DNA from: an uncultured Vicinamibacteraceae bacterium
GTDB taxonomy: Bacteria; Acidobacteriota; Vicinamibacteria; Vicinamibacterales; UBA8438
Direction: 5' to 3'
Length of the DNA: 64,000 bases
NCBI GenBank assembly: GCA_964624855.1
Contig: CAZUZW010000008.1
Location: 8,993 to 72,992 of the forward strand
Below the pieces are notes generated by a model. That model did not search any database, was not told where the DNA came from, and worked only from the letters and a program-made list of their open reading frames with translations. Below, one piece after another: positions 58,738 to 64,000 of the stretch. The position numbers were made by a program, and so were the translations under genes. Position 1 is the first letter of the stretch. The number at the start of each line of letters is the position of its first letter.

Positions 58738-60929
58738 TGATTCTCCACCACCCTAACGTTGTCGATGTAAATGTCGATTGGCGAATATGCAATCAGGCCG
58801 GGACTTCCATTTCGGATTGGATGTGGGTCTTCGGCCGTTACCGTCCACGTCGACGGTTCGGTTTCGTTTCGTTCCCAGACTTTGCCCCTAATTATCGCTC
58901 GGTCGTTTTCAAGGTCTACTCTTAGCTTGAGCGTATACCACACGTCGGATTCCCAAGCGAACTCTGTACGTTCGTCGATACGAAGTTCTGCAGCCCACGA
59001 TTGGATTTGTGCACGCTGGGCGTTACCTTGGAGGTCAAGTGTGTATCCGCTATTGATTAACCCGAGGTCTGGCCGCCGCCGCCGCCATTCGGTCGCCATC
59101 ATGTCGGCTTGGATCGTATAACCGCTCATGTCTGCGGGACCTAGGTAGACAGCATGTCTGTGAAGCCCGTTCGGAGATGCACTTTTTCGAAAGACTTGTT
59201 GGCCGTCCACATCCACAACTGAAAGGCGCGGACCGCCACCCACCCAAAACGGTGGTCGGCCGCTCTCGAAGTTTTCTGCCCACGGTAGGGGCGAAAATAA
59301 GCGAACCTGAGCCGAAGCGGTCATACCATTAACGCTCGCGACAACCTTGCCACCGTGGTTATTTGCATTGGCACTGGTAGACAGGACTCCGCTAGGAGAC
59401 ACTGTAGCGTCAATGAGACCATCGACAGCCCAAGTGGCAGCCCGAGTTCCCACCAGTTGACCGTTGGCATCGAGAGCGCGAACTTCAAACGTAGCAGTTT
59501 CTCCAGCAGACAGAATGATTTCAGCCGGAATGACTTGAAGATGAGCAACCTCTCCTCTTGGTCTTTCCTCACCGAGAGTATAGGTGTTCACATTATCAGT
59601 GTTGAACGCTGTCTCAGTATTTCCGATCGCATAGATTCCAGATTCAGCCGTGAAATACAGTCGGCCATAAGCAGGCGCAAATGATCCGTAGATTTCTGCA
59701 TATCGACCGTCCTCTACTGTGAGTTCGTCGCTGTCGAGCACTGTGACGCCAGAGTCATTCGGCTGCAGAATATGAACGTTTCCGTTGACTTCGGTGATGT
59801 ACAATTTTCCGTCCGCCCACACTGGGGAAGATTTACCGACGTTGCCGACGCTGTGTCGCCACAAAACATTCCCCCGCTCGGTATCGAGAGCTAATAGATT
59901 CGCAGAGTTGTCGATCAGATAGAGGGTATTGCCTGACAGTGTTGGTGATGCGAAACCCACCGCCAAGTCGTTGACTCTCCATTTTTCGTGAGTAGCCGTG
60001 ATGTCACCAGTTCCGGTCGCATCGATGGCCACGACGCGCCCCATGGTGCCTTGGTCGATATTTTCTTCACTATGTGCAGCATAGACCGTCGTGCCGTCAA
60101 CGATCGGCGAGACGTTAATACCACGCTTACTAAGATTGTATTCCCAGACTTTTTTTCCGGTACGAGCTTGTAAAGCATAGATGTGACCGTCTGCGTTTCC
60201 GTCTATGAGTAATCGCTGGCCATCTATGACCGTAACGATCGGAACGGATTGGGTATTCATGTCGAATACGTTCCCGCCCGGCGTCGCGATCCACCGTACT
60301 TCTCCGGTTTGTTTGTCGAAAGCGAAGTAGCGGTGCCGCGGTGGACCACCGTAGTCACCCCAGAGCGCACCAATGATTGAGAGAATTACTTGATCTTCAT
60401 CGATGACCGGTGTTGAGGTCCGGCCACCGTAACCGGAGGCGCGCCCAAGATTTTCAGCCAATCTCCACGTCCATACGATGTTCCCGTCGCGATCAAAAAC
60501 ATTGAAATGGCCATCGATATTCATGGCGTAGAGAAAACCAGTTTCCGAGTCGCCGGTGACGTTTCCCCAGCCGACGCGATTGAACGGAACAGTAGTATTC
60601 GCAATTCCGAAACTGTGCTCCCATAGTTTTGTGCCATTTTCAGCATTCCAACACGCGACAACTTCTTTCTCTGTGACACCATTTCCAGTTCGACCGTTCG
60701 CACATACGCGTCCGTCGAAAACAGCAGGGGTTGACCGACCGACCCAAGCGTCTGACCAAATGAGATTTTCGCCGTCCACAGACCACGTAGAAGGGAGATT
60801 TGTATCATTTGATACGCCGTTTTGCGCGTGTCCGCGCCAGCTAGGCCAGTCATTAGCCAGCGCTGTCTCAACTCCGCAGCCGATGATAAGCAATACGGTC
60901 ACGTATACGAACGTACGAGCTGTCTTCAT
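58734..60929 (-). CDS. Secreted PQQ-like beta-propeller with C-terminal Ig-like and beta-sandwich domains
   Basis: DWPSWRG, propeller repeats, then an Ig-like segment (ALDANG..ATW) and a lectin-like tail (WYTLKLRV..IRGKVW..IDNVRV). Confidence 0.8.
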   Translation of the reverse strand: MKTARTFVYVTVLLIIGCGVETALANDWPSWRGHAQNGVSNDTNLPSTWSVDGENLIWSDAWVGRSTPAVFDGRVCANGRTGNGVTEKEVVACWNAENGTKLWEHSFGIANTTVPFNRVGWGNVTGDSETGFLYAMNIDGHFNVFDRDGNIVWTWRLAENLGRASGYGGRTSTPVIDEDQVILSIIGALWGDYGGPPRHRYFAFDKQTGEVRWIATPGGNVFDMNTQSVPIVTVIDGQRLLIDGNADGHIYALQARTGKKVWEYNLSKRGINVSPIVDGTTVYAAHSEENIDQGTMGRVVAIDATGTGDITATHEKWRVNDLAVGFASPTLSGNTLYLIDNSANLLALDTERGNVLWRHSVGNVGKSSPVWADGKLYITEVNGNVHILQPNDSGVTVLDSDELTVEDGRYAEIYGSFAPAYGRLYFTAESGIYAIGNTETAFNTDNVNTYTLGEERPRGEVAHLQVIPAEIILSAGETATFEVRALDANGQLVGTRAATWAVDGLIDATVSPSGVLSTSANANNHGGKVVASVNGMTASAQVRLFSPLPWAENFESGRPPFWVGGGPRLSVVDVDGQQVFRKSASPNGLHRHAVYLGPADMSGYTIQADMMATEWRRRRPDLGLINSGYTLDLQGNAQRAQIQSWAAELRIDERTEFAWESDVWYTLKLRVDLENDRAIIRGKVWERNETEPSTWTVTAEDPHPIRNGSPGLIAYSPIDIYIDNVRVVENQ

Positions 60930-60992
60930 GCGAAACCTCTCACAACATTAGAGAAATCGGCGAAAGACGATGATATCACGGGACTTTCGTTA

Positions 60993-62111
60993 CTAGTAGA
61001 ACACCTGTTCAACGGTCCAAACGAGTCCAATAACGCCAATGACTACCGAAGCAGGTATAGCAACGCGGTGTCGGTACCAGGTCCGATTCTTAAACCAGCC
61101 GACAGTAGCGAGGGCGAGACCAAGGATCATCAGCTGACCTGCCTCAATGCCAGCGTTGAAAGTCAATATTGCGAATAATCGATCATTGTTGGGTAATCCG
61201 AGTTCGTTGAGCGCACTCGCAAAGCCTAGACCGTGAACTAATCCAAACAGAAAGACGACTGTGGTGCGCCAACGACTTAGTTGAGGGGTTCGGATGTTTT
61301 CAACGGCAATCCACACAATGGAAAGCGAGATTAAAGGTTCCACAAATTGTGGTGGTAGCGCAACAACCTCTGCCGCGCCGAGTGCCAAAGTGACCGCATG
61401 GGACACGGTGAAGGCGGTGACTTGCCAGATAAGTATTCGAATCCTGAGGCTAAGAAAAAAAAGACCTAAAACAAATAGGATGTGATCGGTGCCCTCGGGA
61501 AGGATATGCACGAAGCCGAGTCGGAAATACTGCCATGTTCCTGCTCGACTTGGTGTTAGCGCGCTGTCGGCAGTGAGCTGAAACGGGTCGCTTCTAGCGC
61601 CGCGTTCTAGGATTGACTGTACGCTAACATCCCGAGTCTGGTCGATTATGGTCAAGTGGACGTCGGAAAATGATCGCGATGCAAAAAATTCAACCTCCAG
61701 CGACCCTGTGGGAACGGTTCCACTCAATCTGGCTGTTAGCCCTAACACAGTAGGGATGGCCGACTCGGTCGCTCGGCTGGTGCCGTAGTCTGGAAAGGTC
61801 ACATCAAACGGCTCTGGATTTCCATCAAAACGTACCCGAACCCGTCTGAGAAATAATTGCCGAAGGCGCTCTGTGAGACTGGAAAGCTCTGGTGCAGACA
61901 AGGCGTTCAGTGTCGCTGAGAGTGCAGCGTCGTCTGCGTCTTGGGGGACGCCTAGAGCCAGTGCGTCTAGGTCGCAGATCAAGTCGACTTGGAACGTCCC
62001 GTCAACATTCAGTGTCAGGGTGGTTTCTGTAAAGGACAACGGATGAGCTTGAACAACTAAGGGAGAGAGTGTCAGGAGAAAAGTAAGAAGACCTAGTCTT
62101 AACCAGGACAT
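60993..62111 (-). CDS. HupE/UreJ-family membrane protein with N-terminal periplasmic domain
   Basis: AH after the signal peptide; GFVHIL.G.DHILF, FTVSHAVTL, FGLVHGLGFA, FNAGIEAGQ. Confidence 0.85.
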   Translation of the reverse strand: MSWLRLGLLTFLLTLSPLVVQAHPLSFTETTLTLNVDGTFQVDLICDLDALALGVPQDADDAALSATLNALSAPELSSLTERLRQLFLRRVRVRFDGNPEPFDVTFPDYGTSRATESAIPTVLGLTARLSGTVPTGSLEVEFFASRSFSDVHLTIIDQTRDVSVQSILERGARSDPFQLTADSALTPSRAGTWQYFRLGFVHILPEGTDHILFVLGLFFLSLRIRILIWQVTAFTVSHAVTLALGAAEVVALPPQFVEPLISLSIVWIAVENIRTPQLSRWRTTVVFLFGLVHGLGFASALNELGLPNNDRLFAILTFNAGIEAGQLMILGLALATVGWFKNRTWYRHRVAIPASVVIGVIGLVWTVEQVFY

Positions 62112-62150
62112 ATGGAAATCCGACTTAGGAATTTTGTGGCATGACAGGTT

Positions 62151-63143
62151 TTAATTCTTTGGCTCCAAATGAGCCTTCTGTCTTAGGAGGATTAGCCAGT
62201 GGGGACATTTTTCTTCATCAGCATATAGTCGTTCGCAATCGTCACATCGGACGCATTCAGAGGCCAGGATCTTTGGTCCTTCGATCGCACCCCATTCACA
62301 GGTCTTCTCGCAAAGTTTGCATGTCTTGCACTCGTTCCATCGTTTGATTCGAAAGACTGTTAAGTTGGAAAGCAATCCAAGACCAGCACCGACCGAGCAG
62401 AGATAGCGGCAATATAAATTCCGTATAAAGATGGTTGAAAGTAGCAAGAGAGTTAGGAGGGTCCACATAATGGTGTTGCCGCTAAGCGTGAACATCCAGA
62501 ATGGCTCAATATATCGATATATCAATGTATCGCCACCGGTGACAACATAGAGCACTGCGCCAACCAGAATCACGTACTTTAAATAAATCGCCCAGCGGTC
62601 CACTGCAGGAGGAAGTTCGAGACGAAACCGATCAGGAACGATACGGTCAATCAACTGAGTGAGTGCGCCAAAGGCACAGATACGACCACAATAGAAACGC
62701 CCCCAGAGCACCGTTGATCCAACGGTGAAGCCAATCAATAAGTAGTAAGAAATAGCGTAGGAAAAGGAGGGTAGACTGAGTCGGATTGCTCCGAAAATAT
62801 CGACTATGGAAACCAGGCTGGCTTTAACAAAACCGAGATATATAACTGAGAGAAGAAGGCTTACTATTTTCAGGTGGTCGCTCTTGCGAAAAAAACTAAC
62901 GAGACCAAATGCCAAAACGAATACAAGAGCAGCTACGTCAATGGCTGTTTGACGGTCGAGTAGAGATGGCGCTGATTGAGTTTCCTCTTCTAGTAGAGCA
63001 TCAAGTTGATTGAGGTCGTCGAGTGTTAGTGTTTGTTCTTCTGGAGGTTGATTGGTGAGCAGAGAAGCCGTCGCGGGTGCAACGCTGGTGAATAGGCTTA
63101 CATAGACAAGAAATATGCAGCTTAGCCGACTTAACCAATTCAT
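62151..63143 (-). CDS. Membrane 4Fe-4S protein (NosR/NapH/YccM-like)
   Basis: GRFYCGRICAFG, YCRYLCSVG, CKTCKLCEKTC, CVRCDDC. Confidence 0.87.
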   Translation of the reverse strand: MNWLSRLSCIFLVYVSLFTSVAPATASLLTNQPPEEQTLTLDDLNQLDALLEEETQSAPSLLDRQTAIDVAALVFVLAFGLVSFFRKSDHLKIVSLLLSVIYLGFVKASLVSIVDIFGAIRLSLPSFSYAISYYLLIGFTVGSTVLWGRFYCGRICAFGALTQLIDRIVPDRFRLELPPAVDRWAIYLKYVILVGAVLYVVTGGDTLIYRYIEPFWMFTLSGNTIMWTLLTLLLLSTIFIRNLYCRYLCSVGAGLGLLSNLTVFRIKRWNECKTCKLCEKTCEWGAIEGPKILASECVRCDDCERLYADEEKCPHWLILLRQKAHLEPKN

Positions 63144-63712
63144 TTTCGCTCAGACAAAAATTGACGGACCAATTGACGCGATCCTTGACGAATGGCTCGT
63201 GTGGCAGCCTCGACCGTGATCGTGGCCCGTGAGACTGCATCAATGTCACGGCCCACCTCAAGCGGGTCAAGAATACTTTTTCCTATGAATTGCTCGCTGT
63301 ATTCTGGCGGATCAATAGAGAAATAGCCGAATGGTTCTGCGTGGTAGTCAATTGAGACGCCCGTCAAGACGCCATTTGTGGTCATGCCGACTAGCATCCA
63401 GAACTGAGCTTTGTACCCATAGATTCTTGGGTCGAGTTCGTTGGTGAAGAAAGCCAGTCCGACAAGTGTTCGCTTGCCATTTGTATCTTCAGCGTATGCT
63501 TTAAAATGTGACAGAGAGGCATTTTCAAACGTAAAGACATCGGCATTGGGAAGCACTTGGCGCAGCCTGGGCTCCTGTCGATCAAGTTGACGAAATTGAT
63601 CGACAGCCGATGATTGAGCTAAGGCGGTTTGATCATTGAGTGTTATAACCGAAGGGAATGCAAGGAGCATGGCAACTGTCAACAATGTTCGATAGATTCT
63701 TGTGACCTGCAT
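63140..63712 (-). CDS. Extracytoplasmic FMN-binding protein
   Basis: Signal anchor, GY, HAEP, QFIGKS, IDAVSRATIT flavinylation-like motif. Confidence 0.8.
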   Translation of the reverse strand: MQVTRIYRTLLTVAMLLAFPSVITLNDQTALAQSSAVDQFRQLDRQEPRLRQVLPNADVFTFENASLSHFKAYAEDTNGKRTLVGLAFFTNELDPRIYGYKAQFWMLVGMTTNGVLTGVSIDYHAEPFGYFSIDPPEYSEQFIGKSILDPLEVGRDIDAVSRATITVEAATRAIRQGSRQLVRQFLSERK

Positions 63713-63718
63713 GTTTAA

Positions 63719-64000
63719 TCAATTCTTTCGGAGTTTGACGCGATAAGGGCGTCCTTGCCGAAGGAAGTTTATGATCGTGTCGCTGACAGGGTTTATTTGT
63801 GAGAGGCGGTCAGCCGCCGCGGCACTACTTTTGACATCGACACCACCTACTCGGTAGATCAAATCTCTAGGTTGGAGTCCGCCTTCGGAGGCTATGCTCA
63901 TTTCCGCAACTTCAATCACCAGTGCTCCGTCGCGCGACTGCAAGTTGTCGGAGTCTCGTCTCAAGTCAAGTTCTGATGTAGGGCTGGCGTCACAGAGAGT
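63719..64000 (-). CDS. C-terminal PDZ domain of a protein truncated by the window edge (possibly an HtrA-like protease)
   Basis: Frame open to 64000; GALVIEV..SIA..GGLQPRDLI..VGG..V PDZ pattern. Confidence 0.6.
   Translation of the reverse strand, partial: TLCDASPTSELDLRRDSDNLQSRDGALVIEVAEMSIASEGGLQPRDLIYRVGGVDVKSSAAAADRLSQINPVSDTIINFLRQGRPYRVKLRKN

Noticed and set aside
1-64000. CRISPR arrays, tRNA/rRNA genes, IS elements, prophage or defence genes
   Set aside because: No periodic repeats, RNA gene signatures, transposase/integrase or defence motifs seen; intergenic gaps are all short.

Overview
Gene-dense bacterial window of about 55 CDS. I saw no rRNA, tRNA, CRISPR array or mobile element. 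An Oar-type TonB receptor, several PQQ-like beta-propellers, a DUF6526-like gene and a DUF349 gene suggest Acidobacteriota (inference only). Main contents: (1) 1-6328, a sulfate assimilation locus: sulfite reductase, siroheme genes, APS reductase, cysQ and fused sat-cysC. Both main transcription units are preceded by homologous ~200-nt leaders, each with a promoter, a near-leaderless CCxC peptide, alternative hairpins and an intrinsic terminator. These look like twin cysteine-sensing attenuators. (2) Two convergent operons that may form one uncharacterised aromatic-acid pathway. 10381-23117 (+) encodes a GriC/EhpF-like plus GriD/EhpG-like aryl-carboxylate reductase, an ABC exporter, a beta-propeller and an SSS transporter. 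27934-38493 (-) encodes a TonB receptor, Fe-ADH, beta-propeller, atypical HemN-like radical SAM enzyme, chorismate-lyase-like protein, flavin halogenase, thioesterase and aryl-CoA ligase. (3) Housekeeping and accessory genes: enolase, TAXI-TRAP, a topo IV-like pair, MATE, an ACP-FAAL-acyltransferase fusion, cyclophilins, an M28 peptidase and an FMN-binding/polyferredoxin module. All family calls come from motif recognition by eye; no database search was run.
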